A stretch of DNA of 64,000 nt from an uncultured Gemmatimonadaceae bacterium (lineage in GTDB: Bacteria > Gemmatimonadota > Gemmatimonadetes > Gemmatimonadales > Gemmatimonadaceae). A model generated the notes under the pieces. That model saw only the letters and a program-made list of their open reading frames with translations. It was not told the origin of the DNA and ran no database searches. A program made the translations under genes and the position numbers. Positions 52,933 through 63,386 of the stretch are shown here, one piece after another (positions within the stretch are counted from its first letter, which is position 1; the number at the start of each line of letters is the position of its first letter). The DNA lies in NCBI GenBank assembly GCA_963761305.1, contig CAVXGK010000002.1, forward strand, positions 1,888,001 through 1,952,000. The letters are read 5' to 3'.

Positions 52933-55775
52933 TCAAGTCCCAGGCGTCAGACGGTACGCCTCTACACTCGGCCGCAACGGGCGCAGGAGCCAGTACGGCC
53001 GTCGCATCCCGTCAGGCCCTGGCGCCGGCCTCGCCTTGGCCAGCCATTCCTTGTAGACCGCGTGGCTGCGCACCGTGTCGACGACGACGTCGCCTTCCTG
53101 ATCGCCCGGCTCGGCTTTCGTCACGCGCACCTTCTGATGCCACGCGTGCGCGCCGCTGATCGGATCGGGATGCACGGGGAACGTGAGATTCTGATGGACG
53201 CCCGCGCTCTGCCACCACACGCGACCCGAATCGCGGTCGTCGCTCTCGAACGGCTCGACGCCTTTCAGGCGACGCATGCGCCAGCGTCCGTCGCCACGCT
53301 CCTCCAGGCGAACGAGCGCCGAGCTCCAGCGGTCGGTGCCCTGCTTGTCGTCGACGCGCCAGCGGCCCATGTGGTGTGAGCACGCGACCACCCCGGGCCG
53401 AATGCCTTCGGTCACCCACGCGGGCACGACGAAGTAGCCGATTTCAGTGGTGACGCGAAGTAGCTCTCCGAGCTCGATGCCGAGCTTTGCCGCATCGGCG
53501 GTGTGAATCCACAGTGGGTTCGAGTGGGCGATCTCGTTCAGCCATTTCGCGTTTCCAGTTCTCGTATGGACGAGCACCGGAAGCCGGAACGTGGGCACGA
53601 GCACCACCTCGCCCGCATCTGCATCGAGCGCGGACGGCGCGACGTGGCTCTCGATCGTCGTCGGGATCGCCAGCTCGGGCCAGCCCCATGCGGCGAGCGT
53701 CGGCGAGTAGAACTCGAGCTTTCCCGACGGCGTCGGAAACCCCCGTCGCGCGACGCCGTCGATCATCACGCCGGCCGCGCGCCGGCCTTGCGCGTCTCCC
53801 GGGGGCGCGGGCATCGGCACGATGTTGCTCGACGGCGCCGGCGCTCGCGCCGTGAACACGCGCTGGGTCGACGCGTCGACCGACGACTCGGCGTTCTCCT
53901 CCGCCGAAAGCTCCGATTCGTGTCGCCCGTACGCGCCGACGGGAATCTCGAACGACGCGAACTTCCGCATGAACTCGAGCGGCGTGAGTCCCTCGGCCTG
54001 CGCGGCCGCGGGCAGCCCCGGCACCGAGTTCTCGAAGATCCATCGATAGTACTCGTCGATGCGCAGCTTTTCACCCGGCCGATACGGGCGACTCGAAGTG
54101 CTTGCGAATCCCCATCGAGCCGTCCGGATCGATGCGCCACGAGAGCTCGATCCAGAATTCGTTTTCCTCCCACACCTCGCCCGGATTCACGTCGCGCGTG
54201 TCGGTCACGTCGTGGCCGAGTCGCTCTTCGATCGCGCGCTTCACCGGCTGGCGGAAACCGATCCAACTGCCGGCGTGCGTCTCGAAGCTGGCGAGATCGT
54301 GACGTTCGCTGCCGAGGCCGACCGGCAATACGTAGTCGGCGAACCACGCCGTCTCGCTCCACACGGGCGTGAGCGCGGCGTGCCGACCGATCATCGACTC
54401 GTTGCGCAGCACCTCGATCCACGAGAAACCGTCGGGATTCGTCCAGACGGGGTTGTAGACGCGCGTGAAGTAGACGTCGAGCGATCCGCGGCCTTCCTTC
54501 AAGAAGTGTGGGAGGAGAAAACTCATCTCGAAGAAGGCGAGCGGATACTCCTTGGGCCACGTCAGCTCGTTCCACGTCGTCGGGTGCGGCGGCCGAGCGT
54601 GCGGCGCGGGGACGAACTTCGTCCAGGAGTTCGGCACGACGCCGCCTTCGGTGCCGACGCTCCCGGTGAGCACGTTGAGAAAAAACAGACAACGCGCCGT
54701 CATCCAGCCGCCCAGGTTCCCCGCCGCCGCGGCGCGCCAGTTGTGCGCGCTGAACGCGGGCCCGGCCTTGCCGACCGCGCGCGCCACGGCGAGGATCGTC
54801 GCCGCCGGCACGCCTGTTTCGCGCTCGGTGCGCTCCGGCGTGTACTCGGCGTAGAGACGCTCGAGGTCGCGCACGAACGCGTCGAACGACACCGGCTCGT
54901 TGGGCCGCACCGCGCGAAGGTATTCCTCCCAGTTCACCCACCGGCGCACGAACTCGCGGTCGTAGAGCTTCTCCTGGATCAACACGTTGGCGATCGTCAG
55001 CAGCACTTCGACCTCGCTGCCCGGATACGTCGGCAGCCAGTGGTCGGCGTGCGTCGCCGTGTTGGAGAGCCGCGGATCCATGACGATGATCGTCGCGCCG
55101 CGCTGCTTGGCCTCGATGATTCGCTGGGCGTGCGGATTGAAGTAGTGCCCGCTCTCCAGGTGCGCCGAGATGAGCAGAATGCACTTGGCGTTCGCGTAGT
55201 CGGGGCTCGGCCGATCCATCCCCATCCAGAACGCGTAGCCCGCGCGCGCGCCCGACGAGCAGATGTTCGTGTGGCTGTTGTGCCCATCCACGCCCCAGGC
55301 GGCGAGCACGCGTTCGGTGTAGCCGTCTTCGCCCGGGCGTCCGACGTGGTACATCACCTTGTTCGGCTCGGCGCGCTTGATCGCGCGCGCGAATGCGCCC
55401 CGCGAGATCGTCGAGCGCGTCGTCCCAACTCACGCGTTCCCACTTCCCTTCACCGCGCGCGCCCGCGCGCCGCAACGGAAACAGAATTCGCTCGGGATCG
55501 TGGATCTGATTGAGCGTCGCCGGACCCTTGGCGCAATTCCGTCCTCGGCTCCCGGGATGATACGGGTTGCCCTCGAACTTTCGAACTTCGTTGGTTTCCT
55601 GATCGACGTACGCGACGAGTCCGCACGCGGCCTCGCAGTTGAAGCACGTCGTCGGCACGAGACTGTAGTGTCGTCCGCGCTCGACCCAGTCGTTCCAACG
55701 CTCGAGCGGCGGGAAGGCGGAAAATCCCTCCTGCATCCGACCATTGTCGGAGGGATGAAGACTATCGATCGCCAT
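52933..55775 (-). CDS. Molybdopterin (DMSO reductase family) oxidoreductase catalytic subunit; frameshifts at about 55385 and 54087
   Basis: TTCFNCEAAC..NCAKG Fe-S motif, GHNSHTNICSS, FADYVLP, TPSGKLEF, HTRTGNAKWL; no Tat signal seen. Confidence 0.88.
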
Positions 55776-55793
55776 TGCGTCGGCTCGGGAAGC

Positions 55794-57309
55794 TCACGAA
55801 ATCGGGGGACCTTGCCCGGCGAGAATGAACGCGTGTCCGTGAAGCCACAGTCCGCCGAGCGCGAGCACGGCGGCCAGCGCGAGTCGCCGCGCCGCCGATG
55901 AACGAGAGCGGCACGACGAGCGCGACGCCCAGCGCGAGCGACAGCCAGAACAAGCGAGCCTGCGCGCCGCGCGTGAGCGTGTGCGCCGCGGCTCTGGCGT
56001 TCGTCGTGTGATGGCGCTTGAACGCGTCGGCGAGCGCGATGAGCCCCGTGACGAGCGCCGCGCCGGCGAACGTGTACTCGAGCCGCTCCGCCGGTCGCAG
56101 AGCCGGAGATCGCGCCGACGATGATGAGGACCGCGAGTCCGCCCACCAGCGCGTGCACGAGCAGATGCGGAAGCAGCAGTCGCGATTGCCAGAGATCGCG
56201 GCCTTCGCATTGTGCGAGAAGCGGCGCCGTGTAGCCGGCCGTGAACGCACCGGCAACGATCAACACCGGTGCGAGCAGCGTCGAGCCGCGAGTGCGAACC
56301 GTGGCGCGGCGAGCGCCAACCAGGCGACGAGGATCGCGCCGTACAGCGTGATGATGACCGCGCCGCGCGCCAACCAACTGCGCCACTGCGGACGAATGAG
56401 GATCGTCCAAAAACGCTCGGGGCGTTTGAGGTCGCCGACCAGCAGCGCGCCGGTGAGTCCCAGAAAAACGAGCGCGAGCACCGGCGAGACGATTCGCAGC
56501 AATCGGTTGCCGGACCCGAGGTTCGTGTACTGCGCGAAACCGGTGAGCATTCCGAGGCCGGCGGCGATTCCCTTCGTCCAGATGTAGGACGACACCGGCC
56601 AGCCCCACGCGCGTTGTCGCGGCACGTCGTACGCCACACGCGCTGGCTGTGCGGGCTTGCCGGTGTAGATCGGCAGCGGCGTGCGGTCGCGCGTGTCGCG
56701 CGCCGGGCGGTCGGACCACATATAGGTAGCGTCGTGCCGGGCGGCGAGCGGCTCGAGCGTCGCGTCGTGAGCGCCGATGTAGAACGCGTGAGGCTTGGTG
56801 CCCTGCTCCGGCCGTCGCACGGCGACGTCGTGTTCTTTGAGCGCGCGACTGACCTTGCTGGTGGGGTCTTCGAGGTCGCCGAAGAGAAGCGCCTCTTCAG
56901 GGCAGACGACGACGCATGCCGGCAGCAGCCCTTCGTCCACGCGGTGCGAGCAGAAGTTGCACTTCGCCGCGGTGTTCGAGTCCGGATCCATGTAGATGGC
57001 GTCGTACGGACACGCTTGCATGCACGCCTTGCATCCGATGCACGCGTCGTGGTCGAAGTCCACGAGTCCGTCGGGCCGCTGGTACATCGCGGTGACGGGA
57101 CAGACCTCGACGCACGGCGGGTCCTCGCAGTGGTTGCACCGGAGCACGGCGAAGTGCCGCTTCACCTCGGGGAACGTGCCCACCTCGACGTTCTTCACCC
57201 AGGTGCGGAACGCGCCGACGGGAACTTCGTTCTCGGATTTGCACGCGGTGGTGCACGCGTGACAGCCGATGCAGCGGGTCTGGTCGATGACCCAGGCCCA
57301 GCGGGTCAT
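55794..57309 (-). CDS. Fused 4Fe-4S ferredoxin + NrfD/PsrC membrane anchor; several frameshifts 55880-56300
   Basis: CIGCHACTTAC, CNHCEDPPCVEVCP, CIGCKACMQACP, KCNFC; then WGWPVSSYIWTK, DLKRPERF, SWLARG, GYTA.LL.QCEGRDLW. Confidence 0.85.
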
Positions 57310-57445
57310 CGTGCGGCGCGATTCGGGATGGCCAAGCGTCGAGAGTGAGGGGACGGCCGGATATTACTCGGGTGGCAGCCTCGCTCGCTACGTTAGGATT
57401 GAGATGTGGCCTGATGGCGTTGGTCGTGGCGGCCGGCACTCCAGG

Positions 57446-57511
57446 AGTCAGCGAGAGGCGTCAGCGTCAGGAGACGGGCCGCAGTTGACGCTGATGCTGA
57501 TGCTAGAGTGA
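57446..57511. repeat. Hexamer-repeat inverted element (GTCAGC)n...(GCTGAY)n
   Basis: gtcagcgagaggcgtcagcgtcag ... ttgacgctgatgctgatgct. Confidence 0.55.
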
Positions 57512-57596
57512 CCGCTCCCACGAACCGCCCAATCAGGGCGCACGCAACCCACCCACCGCGCGAAAACCCGGTGCCACGCCTTTCCGTTGTCGATAG

Positions 57597-58289
57597 ATGA
57601 CGACAGTCGGCCTCGTCGGGGGGCTGGGCCCCGAGTCCACGATCGACTACTACCGCCGAATCCTCGATGCGTGGGCAGCGCACGACCCGTCGTCGTCACC
57701 GCCGATCGTCATCGACAGTCTCGACCCAACGCAGGCGCTCAAGCTCGTCGCCACTGACCGCGCCGCGTTCAGCGACTACCTCCTCGGCTCGATCCGACGC
57801 CTCGCGCGAGCCGGAGTCGACTTCATCGCGATGACGGCGAACACGCCGCACCTCGTCTTCGACGAGCTGTCGGCTGCGTCACCGGTCCCGATGCTGAGCA
57901 TCGTCGAGGTCTGCGCCGACGAGGCGCGGCGGCGTGGACTGCGCCGGCTGCTGTTGCTCGGAACGCGTTTCACGATGGAGGCGCAGTTCTATCCGAACGT
58001 CTTCGCGCGCTACGACATCACGGTCGTCGCCCCAGACGACACGGAGCGCACGTGGATCCACGCGCGGTACGTCGATGAGCTGCTCGAGGGCAAGTTCCTC
58101 GATACGACACGGGATGAATTCATCGCGCGCATCACTCGCCTGCGCGATCATCACCACTTCGACGGCATCATCCTCGGCGGGACCGAGCTGCCGCTGTTGC
58201 TGCGCGCGCCCGCCATCGCCGACGTTCCCGTGCTCGACACCACCGAGCTGCACGTGGGGGCAATCGTCGCGCGATTGCGGAATCCCTGA
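57597..58289 (+). CDS. Aspartate/glutamate racemase-family protein, catalytic Cys absent
   Basis: GLVGGLGPEST..YY, ANTPH, LLGTRFTM, GGTELP. Confidence 0.88.
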   Translation: MTTVGLVGGLGPESTIDYYRRILDAWAAHDPSSSPPIVIDSLDPTQALKLVATDRAAFSDYLLGSIRRLARAGVDFIAMTANTPHLVFDELSAASPVPMLSIVEVCADEARRRGLRRLLLLGTRFTMEAQFYPNVFARYDITVVAPDDTERTWIHARYVDELLEGKFLDTTRDEFIARITRLRDHHHFDGIILGGTELPLLLRAPAIADVPVLDTTELHVGAIVARLRNP

Positions 58290-58313
58290 ACGGATTTTGC
58301 GGCGCCTCGCGCG

Positions 58314-59270
58314 CTACGCGCGCGTACCCGTCCGGCTCAAGAAATCGGCGATGTTCTGAACGGCTTTGCGCAACCCGAGGTCGATCACCTCGGGGGTCGA
58401 TCCCGCGTTGTGCGGCGTCAACACGACGTTCGGCAGCGCAAGCAGCGGATCGTCCGCGGGAAGCGGCTCTTCATGAAACACGTCGAGCCCCGCCCCGGCG
58501 ATGCGTCCGTCGCGCAACGCATCGACGAGCGCGTCGCGATCGACGAGCGCCCCTCGCGCCGTGTTGATCAGGTACGCCGTCGGCTTCATGAGCGCGAAAC
58601 GGTCGCCAGTGAAGTAGCTCCTCGTCGCATCGCTGAGCCGCCAGTGCAACGTCACGATGTCGGACTCGCGAAGCAGCGTGTCGATCGGCACGAGTTGCGC
58701 ACCCAGCGACGCCGATCTTCCCGCGTCGTCGCTCAACGTCGACGCCAGGAGCCGCATGCCGAACGGCGCCGCGAGCGTCGCCACGCGGCGCCCGATCGCG
58801 CCGAGTCCGACGATGCCGAGCGTTTTCCCCTCGAGCTGCACGAGCCCGCCGTTCGACCACCGGCCGGAACGCACCGCGCGGTCCATCGCCGGGATGCGGC
58901 GGGTGATCGACAACATGAGCGCGATCGTGTGCTCCGCCACGGCGTTGGCGTTGACGCCTGGCGTCGCCATTACCGTCACGTCGCGCTCCTTGCACGCCGC
59001 GAGGTCGATGTGGTCGATGCCGGTTCCCCACACCGAAATGATGCGCAGACGTCCGCACGCCGCGAGCACCGCGCGGCTTACATGCGCGTTTGCGTGGATG
59101 CTGATCATCGCGCCGGCGTCGCCGACGCGACGAATCATCTCGCGCTCGGCGTCCGCGCCCGGTTCAGTGCAGACCGTGACGTCGCCGAGCGTTCGCAGCT
59201 CGCGCTCGGCCGGGGTACCCGCGAAGACACTTGGATAGTCGTCGGGGACGACGATGCGAAGTCCGGACAC
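58314..59270 (-). CDS. D-isomer-specific 2-hydroxyacid dehydrogenase
   Basis: GTGIDHID, GIVGLGAIG, INTARG, LDVF..EP, TPHNAG. Confidence 0.92.
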   Translation of the reverse strand: MSGLRIVVPDDYPSVFAGTPAERELRTLGDVTVCTEPGADAEREMIRRVGDAGAMISIHANAHVSRAVLAACGRLRIISVWGTGIDHIDLAACKERDVTVMATPGVNANAVAEHTIALMLSITRRIPAMDRAVRSGRWSNGGLVQLEGKTLGIVGLGAIGRRVATLAAPFGMRLLASTLSDDAGRSASLGAQLVPIDTLLRESDIVTLHWRLSDATRSYFTGDRFALMKPTAYLINTARGALVDRDALVDALRDGRIAGAGLDVFHEEPLPADDPLLALPNVVLTPHNAGSTPEVIDLGLRKAVQNIADFLSRTGTRA

Positions 59271-59581
59271 GGAATGGGTCGGGTCGGGACTTCAAGATAA
59301 GCTGCCCGAGGTGTCCCGAATGTAGACGCCCGCCCCGTGGCGGACCTCCACGACGCACCTCATCTCGAGTTTGACCAGCGCCTCGCGAACCGTCGCCGGC
59401 GCACGGCCGCATTGCGGCGGTTTTTCCGTTTCGCCGGTAGTGCGGTCAAGACGCTCCGCGCCGAAGACACCTCACAAAGCGGGCTCAGGGATACGCATAT
59501 TGCAACGATTTGACGCCGTGCCGCTGCTCGACAGCGCGCCCAGGGAAGATCATGTTGAGGCTGACTGAGCCCGGGGCGTCC

Positions 59582-60979
59582 ATGCGTCACGCCGCGCCGA
59601 CAACCGCCGATCCGCAGGCCCTCCCTCCCGCCGACCGGCTCTCTCGCCAGATGGGCGTCGTGAGCCTGACCGCGCTTCTCGTTGGCCTCGCGATCGGCAG
59701 CGGCATCTTCCGCGTGCCGAGCACCGTCGCGGCGCAGGTGCCATCGGTCGGCGGCGTGGCGATCATCTGGATCGCCGGCGCACTCGTCGCCCTCGCCGGC
59801 GCGCTTCCGATCGTCGCCGTGACGACCGCGCTGCCGCGATCCGGCGGAACGTACGTGTTCCTGCGCGAAGCCTACGGACCGCTCGTCGGGTTCCTCTACG
59901 GCTGGGTGAAGATGCTCGTCACCGGTCCGGCCGCGCTCGCGGCGCTTGCCCTCATCTTCGCCGAGTACATGCGCGCCTTCGCGACGTTGAGCGACACTCA
60001 GGTGCACCTCGTGGCGGGAGCGCTCGTGGTGGTGCTCACGCTCGCGAATGTCCGATCGTTGCCATGGGGCATGGCGCTGCAGAACGTATCGTCGTTCGCC
60101 AAGGTGGTCGCGCTGGCGATTCTCGCCGTGTTGATCTTCGCGCTCGGCGGCTCGTCACACGGCGCCTTCGCGCAACCCGTCGCGTGGAGCGGCGTCACGA
60201 CGAGCAGCTTCTTCACCGCACTCATCGCCGTGCTCTTCACCTACACGGGCTGGATGGAGTTCACGTACGTGGCGGGCGAGGTGAAGGATCCCGTTCGCAC
60301 GTACCCGCGTGCGCTCTTTGCCGGCATGGCGATCGTCGTCCCCGTGTATTTGATCATCAACGCGGCGTACCTGTACACGCTGCCTCTGCCGGCCATGGCG
60401 AAGTCCACGCTCGTCGCGGCGAGCGCGGCCACCGGCGCGCTCGGCTCGCGGGGCGCGGCGTTCGTGGCGGCGCTGGTCATGCTCTCCACGTTCGGCGCGC
60501 TCAACGGCTCGATCATGGCCAGTCCGCGCGTGTGGTACGCGATGGCCAAGGACGGCCTGTTCTTCCGCTCCATCGCCTCGGTTTCTGCGCGCACCGGTAC
60601 GCCGTACGTGGCGCTTCTGCTCAACATGTCGCTCGGCCTCGTCGCCGTGTTCACGCACACGTTCGAGCAGCTCACGCGCATCTTCGTGTTGGGGCGATGG
60701 CCGTTCATCACACTGGCCGTGGCCACCGTTTTCATCGTGCCACGCCGGCGTCCGGAGCTCGCGCCGCTCTGTCGACGCCTGGGCTATCCCGTCGTTCCGG
60801 CGGCGTTCGTGCTCTTCTCGATCGCGATGCTCGCCAATGAGCTCGTGAAGCGGCCGGCCGACCTGCTGCCGAGCCTCGGCATCGTGGTGGTGGGCATCGT
60901 GGTCTACAACGGAACGCGCGCCTGGAACGGCTGGCGGACGCCCGCACCGGGCGTGGCGCCCGAGGCCGCCGGCTCGTGA
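59582..60979 (+). CDS. APC-family amino acid permease
   Basis: IGSGIF, PRSGGTY.FLREAYG, YTGW, GEVKDP, AMAKDGLFF. Confidence 0.9.
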   Translation: MRHAAPTTADPQALPPADRLSRQMGVVSLTALLVGLAIGSGIFRVPSTVAAQVPSVGGVAIIWIAGALVALAGALPIVAVTTALPRSGGTYVFLREAYGPLVGFLYGWVKMLVTGPAALAALALIFAEYMRAFATLSDTQVHLVAGALVVVLTLANVRSLPWGMALQNVSSFAKVVALAILAVLIFALGGSSHGAFAQPVAWSGVTTSSFFTALIAVLFTYTGWMEFTYVAGEVKDPVRTYPRALFAGMAIVVPVYLIINAAYLYTLPLPAMAKSTLVAASAATGALGSRGAAFVAALVMLSTFGALNGSIMASPRVWYAMAKDGLFFRSIASVSARTGTPYVALLLNMSLGLVAVFTHTFEQLTRIFVLGRWPFITLAVATVFIVPRRRPELAPLCRRLGYPVVPAAFVLFSIAMLANELVKRPADLLPSLGIVVVGIVVYNGTRAWNGWRTPAPGVAPEAAGS

Positions 60980-62154
60980 TTCATTTCGTCGTCACGAAAG
61001 CAGGCAGTGTTTCGATTCGCGCCTATCTCGCCGGCGAGGGAAGCGCGGTCGCGGACCACGTGCGCGTCATGTTGTACGACGACCTCGCGCGGATGCGCCA
61101 GATCCCACTCGGAACGTGGATCTTCGCGGAGAAGGATCGACTCGACCCGGCCCGTCGCGACCTGGCGATGCTCGTCGCCGAGCGCCTGGCCGCTGCGGGA
61201 AACGGCGCGGCGGTGCTCAACGATCCTCGGCACGTGCGCCTGAGGCTCGAGCTGCTCCGTGCCGCTCACGAAGCCGGCATCAACGACCATCGCGTATTCC
61301 CGGCGACCGATATTCGGTTCGGCGGCGTCGCGGGGGACGGCGACGGCGAATCACGAACGATTCGCGCCGACGCGCTCCGCTACCCGGTGTTCATTCGCAT
61401 TGCCGACGACCACGACGGAAATCGTACGCCGCTGATCGATTCTCCGCGCAAGCTCGTCACGGAATTGGCGTCAGTGGTCGCACTCGGAGCGAAGCGGCGG
61501 GATCTGGTCGTCATCGAGTTCTGCGATACGCGGGACGAGCACGGTCTGTATCGCAAATACTCGGCGTACCACATCGGCGGTCGAATTTTGCCGCGCACGA
61601 TCGAATGCAGCCGCGAGTGGATGGTGAAGTGGCGCGCCCGCCTGTTGGATCGCGAACGAGCCGACGACGAACTGCGCTACTGCGAGACCAACCCGCACGA
61701 ATCGTGGATTCGCGAGATGTTCCGCCTGGCGCGAATCGACTATGGTCGTATCGACTACGGGGTGCACAATGGCATTCCGCGACTGTGGGAGATCAACACG
61801 CATCCGTGGATCGGCGGCGGCCCTACGCGGAGTCAAGATCCGGAGGTCGTCGCCTACCGGCGCATGATCGAACCGGCTCGCGAGGCGTTTTTCAATGAAT
61901 TCCGCATGGCGTGGGCGACGATCGACACGCCGGTGAACCCCGGCGAAAGCATACCGTTGACCGTCCCTGATTCTCTCCTCCGCACGATCGATCGCGGATC
62001 GAGAGTCCGGCGACGCAAGGAGCGTTTTGGCTGGATCGTCACCGCGATCGAGGGTCGGCGCGGGGGTTATCGGATGTCGCAGACCCTCAAGCGCGGCGTG
62101 CATCGCGGGCTCACGCCGATCGTGGCCACGTGGCTGAGGACCGGATTGGTGTAG
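60976..62154 (+). CDS. Putative ATP-grasp-fold protein
   Basis: VLND, YPVFIR, VIEF, YGRIDY, WEIN motifs; GTGA overlap with permease. Confidence 0.6.
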   Translation: MIHFVVTKAGSVSIRAYLAGEGSAVADHVRVMLYDDLARMRQIPLGTWIFAEKDRLDPARRDLAMLVAERLAAAGNGAAVLNDPRHVRLRLELLRAAHEAGINDHRVFPATDIRFGGVAGDGDGESRTIRADALRYPVFIRIADDHDGNRTPLIDSPRKLVTELASVVALGAKRRDLVVIEFCDTRDEHGLYRKYSAYHIGGRILPRTIECSREWMVKWRARLLDRERADDELRYCETNPHESWIREMFRLARIDYGRIDYGVHNGIPRLWEINTHPWIGGGPTRSQDPEVVAYRRMIEPAREAFFNEFRMAWATIDTPVNPGESIPLTVPDSLLRTIDRGSRVRRRKERFGWIVTAIEGRRGGYRMSQTLKRGVHRGLTPIVATWLRTGLV

Positions 62155-62179
62155 CCGCCTGGCACGGCAGAATTCCACC

Positions 62180-63373
62180 ATGCGCACTCACCGACTCGTC
62201 GTTGTCGCGGCCATTGCCGCTGGTGTTCCGTCGTTCTCCGCCGGCGGCCAGGCACCCGCGGGTTGGAGTTCGTTCACCAAACTCTTTCAGTCGTACGTCG
62301 ACAGCGACAGGGTCGTCGGCGCCAGCGTAGTCGTGCTGAAGGCCGGTCGCGAGACCGGCCGCTACAACACGGGCTTCGCCGACAAAGCCGCCAACGTTCG
62401 CGTCGACTCCGAAACGATCTTCCACTGGGGATCGATCACGAAGAGCCTCACCGCGATCTCGATCATGCAGCTTCGCGACCGCGGCAAGCTGTCGCTCGAC
62501 GACAAAATCGTGCGATGGGTGCCCGAGCTCCGCGCGGTACACGATCCGTACAACATGATCGACAGCATCACCATCCGCATGCTGCTGTCGCACACGGCGG
62601 GCTTTCAGAATCCCACGTGGCCGTACGGAAACGGCGAGCCGTGGGAGCCATTCGAGCCGACGACGTGGAATCAACTCGTCGCGATGATGCCGTATCAGCA
62701 ACTGCTGTTCAAACCGGGCTCGCGCTACAGCTACTCGAACCCGGGGTTCATCTATCTCGCGCGAGTGATCGAGCAGATCACCGGCGACCCGTGGGACGCG
62801 TACGTCCAGAAGAACATCTTCGCGCCGCTCGGAATGAACCGCAGCTATTTCCGGAGCACGCCGTACTTTCTCGCGGCGCATCGGTCGCACAACTACTACG
62901 TGCGTCGCGATTCGGCGACTGGCTTGGTGCGCCTCGTCGACAACGGCGCGGATTTCGATCCGGGGATCACGTCGCCCAACGGCGCCTGGAATGCCCCGGT
63001 GAGCGATCTCGTGAAGTACGTCGCGTTTCTGACGAACGCGATCGTTCCGGGGATGACGCGCGAGCGGTACGACGTCGTGCTGTCGCGCGCGAGCCTGCAG
63101 GAGATGTGGAAGCCGGGGGCGTCGATGTCGCAGAGCTACGAGTCGGCGCCGAACCAGTGGATGGGCCTCTCGTTCTTCGTTCTCGATCGCAACGGCCAGC
63201 GGATATTGGGCCACACGGGCAGTCAGGCGGGATTCCGGTCGTTCTACTATTTCGATCCGGAGACGCAGGCAGGGGTGATCGCCGTGTTCAACACGACGAA
63301 TTTTTCCGCGCCGGCGACGGCGATCCAACGGCAGATGAACGACGCGGCGCTGGGGCTGTTGAAAAAGGAGTGA
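62180..63373 (+). CDS. Beta-lactamase-family serine hydrolase, secreted
   Basis: SITK (SxxK), LLSHTAG, YSN, GHTG. Confidence 0.9.
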   Translation: MRTHRLVVVAAIAAGVPSFSAGGQAPAGWSSFTKLFQSYVDSDRVVGASVVVLKAGRETGRYNTGFADKAANVRVDSETIFHWGSITKSLTAISIMQLRDRGKLSLDDKIVRWVPELRAVHDPYNMIDSITIRMLLSHTAGFQNPTWPYGNGEPWEPFEPTTWNQLVAMMPYQQLLFKPGSRYSYSNPGFIYLARVIEQITGDPWDAYVQKNIFAPLGMNRSYFRSTPYFLAAHRSHNYYVRRDSATGLVRLVDNGADFDPGITSPNGAWNAPVSDLVKYVAFLTNAIVPGMTRERYDVVLSRASLQEMWKPGASMSQSYESAPNQWMGLSFFVLDRNGQRILGHTGSQAGFRSFYYFDPETQAGVIAVFNTTNFSAPATAIQRQMNDAALGLLKKE

Positions 63374-63386
63374 CTGAGGGGCGCGG

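Noticed and set aside
58314..62154. vanHAX glycopeptide resistance cluster
   Set aside because: The ATP-grasp-like ORF lacks Ddl motifs, there is no vanX or vanRS, and the dehydrogenase is divergently oriented
62160..62178. Sigma54 promoter (TGGCAC)
   Set aside because: No TTGC -12 element at the required spacing
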